The position numbers were made by a program, and so were the translations under genes. Shown here piece by piece: positions 16,198 to 26,926 of a stretch of DNA of 64,000 nucleotides (positions within the stretch are counted from its first letter, which is position 1; each line of letters opens with the position of its first letter). The notes below the pieces were generated by a model. The model saw nothing but the letters and a program-made list of their open reading frames with translations, did not search any database and had not been told where the DNA came from. The stretch is from an uncultured Acidobacteriota bacterium (GTDB lineage: Bacteria; Acidobacteriota; UBA6911): NCBI GenBank assembly GCA_963827655.1, contig CAWHCF010000053.1, forward strand, positions 38,363 to 102,362, read 5' to 3'.

Positions 16198-16503
16198 GCT
16201 TCCGCTCCAGCAGCGAAGGGTGGTCTTTCTTGAGACGCTCAATCCTTTTCATGGAAGCTTTCCACTCACTATCCAATTTCAACTTGTGGGCATAGTAATA
16301 CGAAAGAGCCGCGTGGATCTGTGATAGGTTTAGCTGGGGAAGCGCCACCAAAATCTCTTCCGGCGGCATGTGCATGACCTCATATCGGATGGCAACATCC
16401 AGGATGCGAATGCCGGTCCCGGCGATCACGGGCGAACCCTGCCGCAATCCAGCACGGTGCGCTATGTACGGATATTCCTTGGCTGCTTCCTTGTCTTCCC
16501 CAT
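16169..16503 (-). CDS. DUF433 family antitoxin
   Basis: GSPVIAGTGIRILDV and LSQIHAALSYY. The RBS-preceded ATG at 16503 is out of frame, so there is a possible indel at the start. Confidence 0.82.
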
Positions 16504-16596
16504 GAGCTCTCCTTCCGTCAAACACCCCGCCTTACACTCACGATAGATCTGCAGGAATGCACCCGCAGCATGGACTCGATGCACTAAAGGAAGAGA

Positions 16597-17064
16597 TCAA
16601 CCGGGAAAGGCTAACGAGCGGGATACTCCTTGATAAACCGACGTCGTTCCATCCTTATAGAACAGCAGGACTGCGTATCTTTCACTGCGGGCTGCTTCCA
16701 TCCCCGGCGAGCCCAGCGGCATACCGGGAACCGCCAGGCCTACGGCTTTTGGCCGCTGCTTCAACAGGCGTTGGACCTCAGCCGCCGGAACGTGCCCTTC
16801 AATGGTGTATCCCTCAACGATCGCCGTGTGACAGGATGAAAGGTTCTCCGGAACGCCGTGCTTGCGGCGGTATTCCGCCGGGTTCGGGACGTCCTGGACC
16901 TTCACTTGAAATCCGTGGTCTTTCAAATGCGTCACCCATAGGCTGCAGCAGCTGCACGTACTTGTCTTGTATACCGTCATCTCGTTCGTAGCGGCACGGA
17001 CGTTCCAGAAGAACGCCAAAGTCAGAACAGTAAACATCGACCGGACAATTAGTCGCCAACGCAT
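16597..17064 (-). CDS. DUF411 / CopG-type periplasmic metal-binding protein
   Basis: Signal peptide, CSCC..W..HL, SCHTA, IEGHVPA, GLAVPGMPLGSPGME. Confidence 0.9.
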   Translation of the reverse strand: MRWRLIVRSMFTVLTLAFFWNVRAATNEMTVYKTSTCSCCSLWVTHLKDHGFQVKVQDVPNPAEYRRKHGVPENLSSCHTAIVEGYTIEGHVPAAEVQRLLKQRPKAVGLAVPGMPLGSPGMEAARSERYAVLLFYKDGTTSVYQGVSRSLAFPG

Positions 17065-17217
17065 ATCGTGTCTCCTTCAATCCCTGAAGAGCGCCGCCGT
17101 CAGGTTCACTTCCGAAGCCGCGCCCGATGCCTCAACCGGCCCGATCGACGCCGAGCCTTGTGTTCAGTTCCCTGCTTTCCGGAGCCTGGATTCGCTTGCG
17201 GCGCGCTTGGATTTCAA

Positions 17218-18600
17218 TCAAGGTTCTCTCGACTCCAGCGTCGCTGTGCGATCGTCGTAGTACTGGTACTTTGCACGGAGAGTTTCCTTCTGCTCTTCTG
17301 TCGGAAGGTTCCCTTCGGAATCGCTGGGCGCGAGCGGTTCATAGAGCGGGCGCGGGATGCTGGCGAACTCCGACATCGGTCCGTAGACCTCATCCGCGTC
17401 TTCTCTGAATACGTTGCCGATCAGAAGGTTGATGATGCTTACGCGGTGTTCGGGATACTTCTGGAGAAAACCGGCGAAACTGAACCCATCGTTGTAAAAG
17501 GCGTACACCAGCTTCCGCATCGATTCGATGCCCTTATCCAGCTTCGCCTGAAACCGCCCCAGCCGCTCGCGCGAGAAATCGTCTTGGTTGAAGGCGTCGT
17601 GAATGGCGTCGGCGGCAAACTCGGCCATCTTGAGCGCCAGCAACACGCCGGAGGAATAGATCGGATCGAGAAACCCGTAGGCGTCGCCGATCAGAATAAA
17701 CCCGTTGCCGGCGCATTGTCTCGAGCGGTAGGAGTAGTCGATGATCGAATAAATCTTGTCCACGCGCGTGGCGCCCGCGACTCGCCGCCGGCACGGTTCG
17801 CATTTCTCGATCTCCTCATTAAAGATCTTGGCAAGATCCTGGCCGCGCCCTTTGACCAGGTAACCTGGATCGGCGACTATGCCCACGCTGGTAATGTCGT
17901 TCTCGAGTGGGATGTACCAGAACCAGCCGCCGCTGCCGCGCTCGGTCCGCAGGACGAGGGTCGCACCGCCGTTCAGGTCCGGTTCGCGCATGGCTCCCTT
18001 GAAGTAGGAATAGAGCACAGCCTTCTTGAGCTTGGGATCCCGCATGCGCCAGCCGAATTTGTTGGACAGCATCGCGGTCTGGCCGGTGGCATCTACCACA
18101 ACCTTCGATCCAAACCTCTGCAGCGAGCCGTCCTTCATCCGGACTTCCACGCCGACGGCGCGATCGCCCTCGAAAAGGACCTGGCGGACAGGAGTTCCCT
18201 GATGAACCTTTGCCCCTTGATCCCCGGCATGCTCGAGCAGCATTCTGTCGAAGACGGAGCGCGTCACTTGCCAGGTGATGGCGCTCTCGTGGTGTATAGC
18301 CTCGAAGAAATAGAAGGGCTTCGATTCCTTCCCCATGGGGTTTGCGAACTGGACGCTGTACTTCCGTACAAACGGGCTGGCATTGAGCTTGTCCAGAAAA
18401 CCCATCCGCTGGAAGGTCCAGTAAGTGTCGGTCATCAGAGATTCGCCGATGTGATGGCGCGGGAATTCCTCCTTCTCAAAAAGGATCACCTTGCGCCCTT
18501 CCCGGGCCAGGATGCTGGCTACGGTACTGCCCGCGGGCCCGCCCCCGATCACAATGACATCATGGGTGGAGGAGTTCGTTTTCATAGAAGGATCATGCAT
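17218..18600 (-). CDS. FAD-dependent halogenase-like oxidoreductase
   Basis: GGGPAG, FPRHHIGES, FVRKY (conserved Lys region), GWFWYIP (WxWxIP), GDAYGFLDPIYSSG. Confidence 0.85.
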   Translation of the reverse strand: MHDPSMKTNSSTHDVIVIGGGPAGSTVASILAREGRKVILFEKEEFPRHHIGESLMTDTYWTFQRMGFLDKLNASPFVRKYSVQFANPMGKESKPFYFFEAIHHESAITWQVTRSVFDRMLLEHAGDQGAKVHQGTPVRQVLFEGDRAVGVEVRMKDGSLQRFGSKVVVDATGQTAMLSNKFGWRMRDPKLKKAVLYSYFKGAMREPDLNGGATLVLRTERGSGGWFWYIPLENDITSVGIVADPGYLVKGRGQDLAKIFNEEIEKCEPCRRRVAGATRVDKIYSIIDYSYRSRQCAGNGFILIGDAYGFLDPIYSSGVLLALKMAEFAADAIHDAFNQDDFSRERLGRFQAKLDKGIESMRKLVYAFYNDGFSFAGFLQKYPEHRVSIINLLIGNVFREDADEVYGPMSEFASIPRPLYEPLAPSDSEGNLPTEEQKETLRAKYQYYDDRTATLESREP

Positions 18601-19906
18601 AGCGCACAGGTCTCAATTCAGGTTCGAAGAATTCCGGGAGAAGCCGATCGACTTCCAGCAGCCCCCGGCGAGTCAGCGCAATCGTTCCGTTATGGCGCTC
18701 GAGCATTTCCTGCTGGCCGAGTTGTTCATAAGCAGGTTGAAACTCGCGCCAGATATCTATACCGAACTTCCGGTGAAAGTACCGGGTGTCAAGCGCGCCG
18801 GTCTTGAGTTGCAGAATCATCTCGCGTATCAGCTTCTGTTTTGGCGTCATCTCAAGCGCGCGGGCCAGCGGCAGACGATCGTCATTGAGGAGACGTAGAT
18901 ATTCTTCGGAGCTGTGGGCATTCTGAAAATGCACTCCACCAAAGTGCGAAAACGACGAGACGCCGAGTCCAATCATGTCGCCACCGTGCCACAAAGAGTC
19001 GGTATAGACGAAACGACAGGGTTTTCTGGTTGTGGCGATCGTATAGGCGCTTGCGATGCGATAGCCGCGGCCGCTGAACTCATCGAAGGCAAAATCGACC
19101 CAGCGCCTCTTCGCAGCCCAGTCGGCGATCGGCGAATCGAGACCCTTTCGGATCATGTCCTGCGAAATGATCGTATTGTAAGGAAGCTCCATCTGATAGA
19201 TGGTAACCGAATCCGGCTCCAGCTCGAGCGCGCGACGCACGCAGTCGCGCCAGTGCTCGTCTGATTCGCCCATCATCCCCGCTATGAGATCAATGTTGAT
19301 CTGAGCGAATTCGACCTCCCGGGCCCACTGGTACGCCCGGTAAATCTCGGCCGAGAGATGGGCGCGGCCATTCGCCTCCAGAATGTCATCATTGAAGTGC
19401 TCTATTCCCAGGCTTAATCGCGTCACGCCGATTTGCTTCAGCGTTTCCAGTTTCGATTTTCTGAGGGTGCCCGGCTCGCATTCGAAAGTAACCTCCTCGG
19501 CATTCTCCCAACTGACATGACGGTTGAGACCTTCAACCAGGTATTGAAGCTGCTTTTCGCTGAGATACGAGGGAGTGCCACCGCCGAAATACGCAAATCG
19601 GAGCTGCCTCCCCTGAAAGGCCGGCGCGCGACTGTAAATCTCGTTTTCTTTAATTAAAGCGTTGAGATAGAGCTCGATCTCCTGGGCGTTCTTGTCCGTG
19701 TAGACCTTGAAGTAGCAGAACAGGCATCGTTTGCGGCAAAACGGAATGTGGATGTACAGGCCCAGCGGATCGTCCGTGCGTGGTGACAGGTTCAAAGCAT
19801 CGAGGGCCGCAGGAATGAATTCCGGCCGCCATTGCGAGAATGGAGGGTAATTGGCGATGAAATAATTGCCGACATCGGTTTTGGTTCGTGCCACGTCTAT
19901 GGTCAT
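18593..19906 (-). CDS. HemN-like (class C) radical SAM protein
   Basis: GLYIHIPFCRKRCLFC (CxxxCxxC), FGGGTPS, RLSLG, INIDLI and a HemN C-terminal domain (LTRRG). Confidence 0.9.
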   Translation of the reverse strand: MTIDVARTKTDVGNYFIANYPPFSQWRPEFIPAALDALNLSPRTDDPLGLYIHIPFCRKRCLFCYFKVYTDKNAQEIELYLNALIKENEIYSRAPAFQGRQLRFAYFGGGTPSYLSEKQLQYLVEGLNRHVSWENAEEVTFECEPGTLRKSKLETLKQIGVTRLSLGIEHFNDDILEANGRAHLSAEIYRAYQWAREVEFAQINIDLIAGMMGESDEHWRDCVRRALELEPDSVTIYQMELPYNTIISQDMIRKGLDSPIADWAAKRRWVDFAFDEFSGRGYRIASAYTIATTRKPCRFVYTDSLWHGGDMIGLGVSSFSHFGGVHFQNAHSSEEYLRLLNDDRLPLARALEMTPKQKLIREMILQLKTGALDTRYFHRKFGIDIWREFQPAYEQLGQQEMLERHNGTIALTRRGLLEVDRLLPEFFEPELRPVRYA

Positions 19907-20157
19907 CGGTATTCACGCGCAACCTTGCGCAGCCTTAAGATTATCGATCTCTACGGATCTGAGCAAGTCCCTTGGCCGGCACAACCAATACATACGACCA
20001 GCCGAATTCCCTGTTGCGGAAAAACCGAAGGCTCGCAGTGATCATGCAGTGGACCTAAGGGGAATCGCACCTTTTCAGGCAAAAGCGACAGTCGCGGATA
20101 CGGCTGATGTCTTGGTGTTAACTTTTACCTTTAAGTAATGCCCTAAGCCCAGACAAA

Positions 20158-20847
20158 TCAAAGGATTTCCTGGACTCGAGCCCCGGCCGACCAGAGCGCC
20201 TCGGCATACTGCACCCCGGCGGCCGCGCCACGATAGCGGGCGATAGTCTCCTTCAAGTTCTGCGCCGGGTCCGGTTTTGCCCGGTCGTATGGCTGGTTGC
20301 GTGTTATGGCCATCAGTTTGCCCAGCCATTCGATAGCGTCGGGCCAGACCGGGGAGACATCCACGTACGTGTTGGGCTCGAAGCCAATCGTGTGACGCGG
20401 GCCGTTGTCATAAGCGTAGATCGCTTTCGGCGCTTTGTAAGAACCGGCGTCGAGGACGCGGTCCCCGTGACGCAACGCGATCTTGCTCAGAGTCGCCGCG
20501 ACGACGTGGTCGTGATGATGGTCCTGGTGCCAGAGCATGAAGGCGATGTCCGGCTTCACCTCGAGCACGGCGCGGGCCACCGCGCGCTTCGAGTCGAGGT
20601 TTACATCGAAGCGATGCGATGCGAAATCGAGGAAGCGCAACTCGGCGCCGTAGTCCTTGCAGATCCGCACGCTCTGCGCCAGGAAATCTTTTTCGCGACC
20701 TTGGGCCGGCGGCCAGTTCGTGTAATCTCCTATGAGCGCGAGGATCACAACCCGGTAATGTTTGCGCACGGCCTGCAGCATGATGCCCGGAATCCCGAAG
20801 ACGCAATCATCGTAATGCGCTCCCATCGCGAGCAGCGTCGGACTCAC
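20158..20847 (-). CDS. PIG-L/LmbE family deacetylase
   Basis: GAHYDD, DHHHDH, PNTYVDVS, YAEAL. GTG start preceded by aaggagagg. Confidence 0.88.
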   Translation of the reverse strand: MSPTLLAMGAHYDDCVFGIPGIMLQAVRKHYRVVILALIGDYTNWPPAQGREKDFLAQSVRICKDYGAELRFLDFASHRFDVNLDSKRAVARAVLEVKPDIAFMLWHQDHHHDHVVAATLSKIALRHGDRVLDAGSYKAPKAIYAYDNGPRHTIGFEPNTYVDVSPVWPDAIEWLGKLMAITRNQPYDRAKPDPAQNLKETIARYRGAAAGVQYAEALWSAGARVQEIL

Positions 20848-20875
20848 GGTAACCTCTCCTTGGTCTAGAAGTGAA

Positions 20876-21496
20876 TCAGCGCTTGACCGGGCGTCCCCGT
20901 ACCTCGATCCAGTCCAGACGGGAACATGCCGGGGTACCACCGCCGGCCATCAGATCGGTGAAACCGATTTCGTCTACCCTGCCAAGGTCCGGTTTTTCAA
21001 CCTGGGACCCCTCGAGGATCTTGTCGATGTCGATGCGGCGCCAACGCATGTCGGCGATGTTGAACTCGCGCTCCCGCCAGTCGCGCGACTCCCCGTCGGC
21101 CTGGTCAGCGATGAGCCAGGTCCCGTCGGCGAGCTTCACGATCAGACGTAGTTGCCGGAATCCGGCTTGTTTCGAACGCCACCGGATCTTCGCAAGGCCG
21201 GTCAGGTCAACAAAGGAATCTCTATGGCGCAGCGCGACAGCCCATTGAGCCGGGCAGGTGCCGGACCAGACGTAGAAAGGATCGTCTTTTGGCGTGTCAT
21301 GATGGCTCTTTTTTATTCCATCCTTGCCCGGTCCGTAGAGCTTCAGAACCAGATTCGCGTTCGCGACGTGCTCCTGCGTGATGGGCGTCGCGGCCGGCGA
21401 TTCCTTCCAGTCCTCGCGAAAGAACAGACCGGGTCGATCCTCTTCCACACGCGGCCCGGACTGAAGCAGCATGACCAGGAATGCCAGAAGTATCAT
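20876..21496 (-). CDS. Exported hypothetical protein (beta-sandwich-like)
   Basis: Hydrophobic N-terminus and a Trp-rich soluble domain. Co-oriented 28 bp upstream of the deacetylase. Confidence 0.6.
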   Translation of the reverse strand: MILLAFLVMLLQSGPRVEEDRPGLFFREDWKESPAATPITQEHVANANLVLKLYGPGKDGIKKSHHDTPKDDPFYVWSGTCPAQWAVALRHRDSFVDLTGLAKIRWRSKQAGFRQLRLIVKLADGTWLIADQADGESRDWREREFNIADMRWRRIDIDKILEGSQVEKPDLGRVDEIGFTDLMAGGGTPACSRLDWIEVRGRPVKR

Positions 21497-21729
21497 TGAA
21501 TAGAAGCCCTCCAAAGAACCAAGAGTTTACCACAAACAGGAGACAACCCACTGTTTCGAGCGCACTGGTCGCGCTTTTGCTAACGCAATTCGCGTTATCT
21601 TCGTGACTTGGCGTCTTCGAAGAGTTACCAAGCTGACGCACAAAGACACGCGCAGGCCCACCCACTTCTAGTATAATCACGTGGTCTGTCGAGTGAGTCT
21701 GGTCCCCGGCAAGAAACCACGGTCTGAAC

Positions 21730-24700
21730 ATGACAAACCCAACTCCGGCGCGCTTCATCGGTTTGTGCCTGGCCTTCGCCTGGATCTTTTCCGCCCTCGC
21801 GTCGCCGCCCAGTCCGGCCGCCGCCGATCAGCAAGTGCAATTCGCCAGGGACATTCGACCGGTTCTCGAAAAGTCGTGCTATGCCTGCCACGGACCGAAG
21901 CTTCAGATGGGAGGGCTTCGGCTGGACTCGAAGAAGACCGCCCTGGCCGGAGGACAATCCGGCAAGGCCATACAGCCGGGCAGCGCCTCGGAGAGTCTCC
22001 TCTACAAGCGCATTGCCGGAATCGGCGAGCAGGCCAGGATGCCCATGGAAGGCGAGCCGCTCCCGGCCGCAGAGATCGCGCTGGTTCGCTCCTGGATCGA
22101 TCAGGGGGCCGAGTGGCCCGATGGTATGGGCGCCGACGTCGCCGAAGTGAAGCGGCACTGGGCCTTCATCCCGCCGAAGCGCCCTGCCGTGCCCCGCGTC
22201 AGGAATTCGCGCTGGCCGGCAAACCCGATTGACTCTTTCGTCCTGGCGCGGCTCGAAAAGGAAGACCTCGCCCCCTCACCTGAGGCCGACCGCGTGACGC
22301 TGCTGCGCCGTTTGAGTCTCGATTTGATCGGACTGCCGCCCACGATCCAGGAAGTCGATGCCTTCCTGGCGGACAAGAGTTCCAATCCCTATGAAAAGCA
22401 AGTCGAGAGGCTGCTGAGCTCACCGCATTACGGGGAGCGCTGGGGACGGCACTGGCTCGATGCGGCCCGCTACGCCGATTCGGATGGTTTCGAGAAGGAC
22501 AAGCAACGGAAGGTATGGTTCTATCGCGACTGGGTCATCCAGGCCTTCAATCGCGATCTTCCTTACGACCGGTTTATCATCGACCAGATCGCCGGCGACC
22601 TTCTTCCTGACGCGACGCAGGACCAAAAGGTGGCCACTGGATTCCTGCGCAACTCAATGATCAACGAGGAAGGAGGGGTCGACCCCGAGCAGTTTCGGAT
22701 GGAAGCGATGTTCGACCGCATGGACGCAATTGGAAAAGGTATTCTGGGAGTCACGATCCAGTGCGCTCAATGCCACAACCACAAATACGACCCGCTCAGT
22801 CAGGAAGAGTACTACCGCATGTTCGCGTTCTTGAACAATTCGCATGAGGCGAACATCCCCGTGTACCCTCCGGATGATGAAATGAAGCGGGCGGAATTAT
22901 TCCGGAGCATCCGTGAAATCGAGATGGATCTCCAGCACCGCCATCCGGACTGGAAGGCGCGCATGTCGCAGTGGGAGTCGGGAGTCCGGGCCGGCCAGCC
23001 TGAGTGGATCGTCGTCCGGCCTGTTGTCGAGGACATCTCGACCGGGGGACAAAGGTATTTACCCCTGAGTGACGGCTCCTTCCTGGCACAAGGGTATGCC
23101 CCCACCAAACACCGGGTGAAGATGACCGTAAAGACGGAGATCCAGAAGATCACGGCTTTCCGTCTCGAGCTGCTGAAGGATCCCAACCTCCCGCTGGGCG
23201 GTCCTGGCCGCTCCATCAAGGGAACCGGCGCGCTCACCGAGTTCGAGGTGGAGGCCGCGCCGGCGGACGCGCCCGACAAGCCCGCCAAGGTGAAGATCGC
23301 CAACGCAACCGCGGACATAAACCTTCCGGAGACACCGTTGGAGCCGATCTTCTATGACAAGACCGAAAGACGCCGGGTGACCGGTCCGATCGAGTTTGCC
23401 CTCGACGGCAAGGACGAAACCGCCTGGGGCATCGACGCCGGTCCAGGACGGCGCAATCAGCCGCGCATGGCGGTCTTCACGGCGGAATCGCCGATAGCTC
23501 ATCCTGGAGGCACTGTCCTCACCTTCTACCTGCGCCAGGCGCATGGCGGCTGGAATAGCGACGACAACCAGAACAACAACCTCGGGAGGATTCGTCTCTC
23601 AATCACAACCACGTCCGGCGCCGTCGCGAATCCGATTCCCAGAAACGTTCGGGATATTCTGTCCATTGCAGAGGACGAGCGCACCCCGCTCGAGGTCCAA
23701 ACCGTTTTCAGCTACTGGCGGACTACGGTTTCGGAATGGGCGGCGGCAAACGCCAGGATCGAGGAATTGTGGCGGCAGCATCCGGAAGGGGCTTCGCAGC
23801 TCGTGCTGCTGGATCGCACCGAGGCGCGCGCAACGCACTTGTTGACCCGCGGCGACTTCCTGAAGCCGGGGAAACAGGTCAGCCCGGGCGTGCCTGCGTT
23901 TCTCCATCCCTTGCCGCAGAATGCGCCCCCGACGCGTCTTGCGTTCGCCCGCTGGCTGGTCGACCCCAACTCGCCGACCACGGCCCGGTCGATGGTCAAC
24001 CGAATGTGGCAATCGTATTTTGGAATCGGCCTGGTCGCCTCCAGCGAGGATCTGGGAACCCAGTGCGAAACGCCGTCTCATCCGGATTTACTCGACTGGC
24101 TGGCGGTCGAGTTCATGGAGCGAGGGTGGAGCCTGAAAGCCATGCACCGGCTGATCGTGAATTCCGCCACCTACCGCCAGGCTTCCCGGGTTACACAAGA
24201 CCTCTATGCGCGCGACCCTTACAACCGCTTGCTGGCCCGCGGGCCGCGCTTCCGCGTGGAAGGGGAAATCGTGCGCGATATTGCTCTCGCCGCCAGCGGT
24301 TTGTTGAACCCGAAGGTCGGCGGCCCGAGTGTCTACCCGCCGGCTCCGGCGTTTCTCTTCCTACCGCCGACGAGCTACGGCCCCAAGATCTGGAACGAAT
24401 CCGCAGGGGAGGACGTCTACCGGCGCGCCCTTTACACCTTCCGGTATCGATCCGTTCCGTATCCGATGCTGCAAACCTTCGATACTCCGAATGGGGACAC
24501 GTCTTGCGTTCGCCGCGCGCGCTCCAACACGCCCCTGCAGGCGTTGACGACCCTCAACGAGCCTCTTTTTCTGGAATCCGCGCAGGCCCTCGCTCTTCGA
24601 ACCCTGCGCGAGGGAGGCAAGACCGACACGGACCGCGTCATATACGCCTTCCGCAGCTGTCTGGCGCGAAAACCGACACGGCGGGAAATCGCTGAACTGC

Positions 24701-24885
24701 GTTCGTTGCTGGAAAAACAGAGGGAGCGTCTCGCCGATGGCTGGGTCAGCGTTTGGGATCTTGCCGGCATGGATCAGGCCCAGCCGCCTGATATCCCGAA
24801 GAGCGCGACTCCCGTCCAACTGGCTGCCTGGACGACGGTCGCGCGCGTCCTGCTCAACCTCGATGAAACCATTACCAAGGAATAG
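21730..24885 (+). CDS. Planctomycete-type cytochrome c / DUF1549 / DUF1553 (PSD1) protein
   Basis: Signal peptide, CYACH, HWAF, TLLRRLSLDLIGLPP, YGERWGRHWLD, CAQCHNHKYDP, VNRMWQ, NTPLQAL. Confidence 0.93.
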   Translation: MTNPTPARFIGLCLAFAWIFSALASPPSPAAADQQVQFARDIRPVLEKSCYACHGPKLQMGGLRLDSKKTALAGGQSGKAIQPGSASESLLYKRIAGIGEQARMPMEGEPLPAAEIALVRSWIDQGAEWPDGMGADVAEVKRHWAFIPPKRPAVPRVRNSRWPANPIDSFVLARLEKEDLAPSPEADRVTLLRRLSLDLIGLPPTIQEVDAFLADKSSNPYEKQVERLLSSPHYGERWGRHWLDAARYADSDGFEKDKQRKVWFYRDWVIQAFNRDLPYDRFIIDQIAGDLLPDATQDQKVATGFLRNSMINEEGGVDPEQFRMEAMFDRMDAIGKGILGVTIQCAQCHNHKYDPLSQEEYYRMFAFLNNSHEANIPVYPPDDEMKRAELFRSIREIEMDLQHRHPDWKARMSQWESGVRAGQPEWIVVRPVVEDISTGGQRYLPLSDGSFLAQGYAPTKHRVKMTVKTEIQKITAFRLELLKDPNLPLGGPGRSIKGTGALTEFEVEAAPADAPDKPAKVKIANATADINLPETPLEPIFYDKTERRRVTGPIEFALDGKDETAWGIDAGPGRRNQPRMAVFTAESPIAHPGGTVLTFYLRQAHGGWNSDDNQNNNLGRIRLSITTTSGAVANPIPRNVRDILSIAEDERTPLEVQTVFSYWRTTVSEWAAANARIEELWRQHPEGASQLVLLDRTEARATHLLTRGDFLKPGKQVSPGVPAFLHPLPQNAPPTRLAFARWLVDPNSPTTARSMVNRMWQSYFGIGLVASSEDLGTQCETPSHPDLLDWLAVEFMERGWSLKAMHRLIVNSATYRQASRVTQDLYARDPYNRLLARGPRFRVEGEIVRDIALAASGLLNPKVGGPSVYPPAPAFLFLPPTSYGPKIWNESAGEDVYRRALYTFRYRSVPYPMLQTFDTPNGDTSCVRRARSNTPLQALTTLNEPLFLESAQALALRTLREGGKTDTDRVIYAFRSCLARKPTRREIAELRSLLEKQRERLADGWVSVWDLAGMDQAQPPDIPKSATPVQLAAWTTVARVLLNLDETITKE

Positions 24886-24897
24886 GAACAAGAAACC

Positions 24898-26340
24898 TTG
24901 AGCTGCCAGGATTATTTCTATCGCAACCAGCCCCCTGATCAGGTCACACGCCGTTGGTTCCTCGAGCAGTGCGGTGTCGGCGTCGGCGCCGCCGCGCTGG
25001 GCCACCTGCTCCAGAGAGCAGGCTTCGCCGAAACCGGGAGAGTGTCGGCCGCCAACCCGCTGGCTCCCAAAGAGCCGCACCACGCCGCCAGGGCCCGCAG
25101 CGTTATTTTCCTGTTCATGGCAGGCGCGCCCAGCCACCTGGAGCTGTTTGATTTCAAGCCTCAACTAGCCAAGTTTGACGGGACTCTGCCACCCGCGGAT
25201 CTGCTTGCAGGCTATCGCGCGGCTTTCATTAATCCCAGCTCAAAGCTGCTCGGCCCGAAGTTCAAGTTTGCGCGGCACGGCCAGTGCGGCGCGGAACTCT
25301 CGGAATTGTTACCTCACCTCGGGAAAATTGTCGACGACGTTGCCATCGTGAAATCGATGGTTACCGATGCGTTCAATCACGCTCCCGGCCAGATCCTGAT
25401 GAATACGGGGTCGCCACAGTTCGGGCGGCCCAGCTTCGGCGCGTGGGTTACGTATGGTCTGGGCAGCGAGTCGGAGAACCTGCCCGCGTTCGTGGTCTTC
25501 AGTTCAGGCAAGAAGGGACCCAGCGGTGGCAATTCCTGCTGGGGGAGCGGCTTTCTGCCCACCGTCTATCAGGGTGTTCAGTTCCGAAGCAGTGGCGACC
25601 CGGTCCTGTATCTTTCCAATCCACGCGGCGTGGATGCCGAGCTTCAGCGCGATTCTCTCGACTCGATTCGGCGCCTTAACCAGATGCGGCTCGACGTGAC
25701 CGGAGATCCCGAGATCGCGACGCGGATTAATTCATTCGAAATGGCGTTCCGCATGCAACGCAGCACGCCCGAGCTGATGGACATTTCCAAAGAACCGAAG
25801 CATATTCTCGAGATGTACGGCATCGAGCCCGGCAAGCCTTCGTTTGCATACAACTGCCTCGCGGCGCGGCGCCTGGTCGAACGCGGCGTTCGCTTTGTCC
25901 AGCTCTTCCACGAGGCCTGGGATCAGCACGGCAACCTGGTGAAGGATATCCGGCAGAACTGTCAGGACACCGATCAAGGCTGTGCCGCCCTCATTCAGGA
26001 CCTCAAGCAGCGTGACATGCTCAAGGACACGCTGGTGATCTGGGGCGGCGAATTCGGTCGCACGCCAATGATGCAGGGGGGAGACGACGGCCGCGACCAT
26101 CATCCCAACGCCTTCACCATGTGGCTGGCCGGCGGCGGCATCAAATCCGGGATCACGCTGGGCGAGACCGATGATCTGGGTTTCAATGTGGTCAAGAACA
26201 AGGTTCACGTGCACGATCTGCATGCGACACTGCTCCACCTGCTGGGCTTCGATCACACCAAGCTGACATATCGTTTTCAGGGCCGTGATTTCCGCCTTAC
26301 CGACGTCCACGGCGCCGTCGTGAAGGAACTGCTCGCCTGA
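24898..26340 (+). CDS. DUF1501 domain protein (Tat-exported, sulfatase-like)
   Basis: [59 protein letters not shown]. Confidence 0.93.
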   Translation: MSCQDYFYRNQPPDQVTRRWFLEQCGVGVGAAALGHLLQRAGFAETGRVSAANPLAPKEPHHAARARSVIFLFMAGAPSHLELFDFKPQLAKFDGTLPPADLLAGYRAAFINPSSKLLGPKFKFARHGQCGAELSELLPHLGKIVDDVAIVKSMVTDAFNHAPGQILMNTGSPQFGRPSFGAWVTYGLGSESENLPAFVVFSSGKKGPSGGNSCWGSGFLPTVYQGVQFRSSGDPVLYLSNPRGVDAELQRDSLDSIRRLNQMRLDVTGDPEIATRINSFEMAFRMQRSTPELMDISKEPKHILEMYGIEPGKPSFAYNCLAARRLVERGVRFVQLFHEAWDQHGNLVKDIRQNCQDTDQGCAALIQDLKQRDMLKDTLVIWGGEFGRTPMMQGGDDGRDHHPNAFTMWLAGGGIKSGITLGETDDLGFNVVKNKVHVHDLHATLLHLLGFDHTKLTYRFQGRDFRLTDVHGAVVKELLA

Positions 26341-26353
26341 CCGAAGCAAGATA

Positions 26354-26442
26354 CTTGGTGTTTCTTCGTGTTCTTCGAGTCTTAGTGGTATTTGTTAGAC
26401 AGCTCTAACCACGAAGACACGAAGCCACGAAGAAACACTAAG
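26354..26442. repeat. Inverted pair of ACCACGAAGACACGAAG-type repeats
   Basis: cttggtgtttcttcgtgttcttcgagtcttagtggt (26354-26389) pairs with accacgaagacacgaagccacgaagaaacactaag (26408-26442). Confidence 0.85.
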
Positions 26443-26462
26443 AGAACCCGCACTGGCTGAGA

Positions 26463-26738
26463 GTGACGGTAGTGGTGAGAAAGGTTCGATATCTGGTTCG
26501 CATCAACAAGGATCCGGACAGTGACTGGGGCGCCCCGGTGCCAGACTTACCCGGGTGTGTTGCCACAGGCAAGACCATCGACGCAGCGCTTAACCGCATC
26601 CAGGTGGCAATTGGCCTGCATCTGCGCGGCATGAAGGCCGATGGTCTGAGGCCTCCCCGGCCGCGGCAGCGTGCGGTGGTGCCGCGCAGGACGTCCCGGC
26701 AGGTCGACTTCTACGCAAGTGTTGAAATCGCCGCCTGA
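26463..26738 (+). CDS. hicB: HicB family antitoxin (no adjacent hicA)
   Basis: YLVRI..D..WGAPVPDLPGCVATGKTIDAAL. Confidence 0.85.
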   Translation: MTVVVRKVRYLVRINKDPDSDWGAPVPDLPGCVATGKTIDAALNRIQVAIGLHLRGMKADGLRPPRPRQRAVVPRRTSRQVDFYASVEIAA

Positions 26739-26926
26739 CCTGATTCGGCGAGAAGCTCGAAGGGCCCACAGAACTACAGCTTCACGCGCCGGGGACGGCG
26801 GTTTCCGTGCGTACTTCGTCCCCATGCTCGCCAGCCGAAGGTGAACGGTGGGCGTCAGGCGTTCTGTGCCCGACGTGGCAGGCTGAGGATGCTGGTTCGG
26901 ACCCTTTCGATGTGGACAGGCTTCAG

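Noticed and set aside
18593-19906. Assigning hemN or hemW
   Set aside because: There is no heme-pathway context and the gene is coupled to a halogenase-like gene. Orthology cannot be established by eye.
26354-26442. Possible CRISPR array
   Set aside because: These are short degenerate units in inverted arrangement, with no regular spacers and no cas genes.
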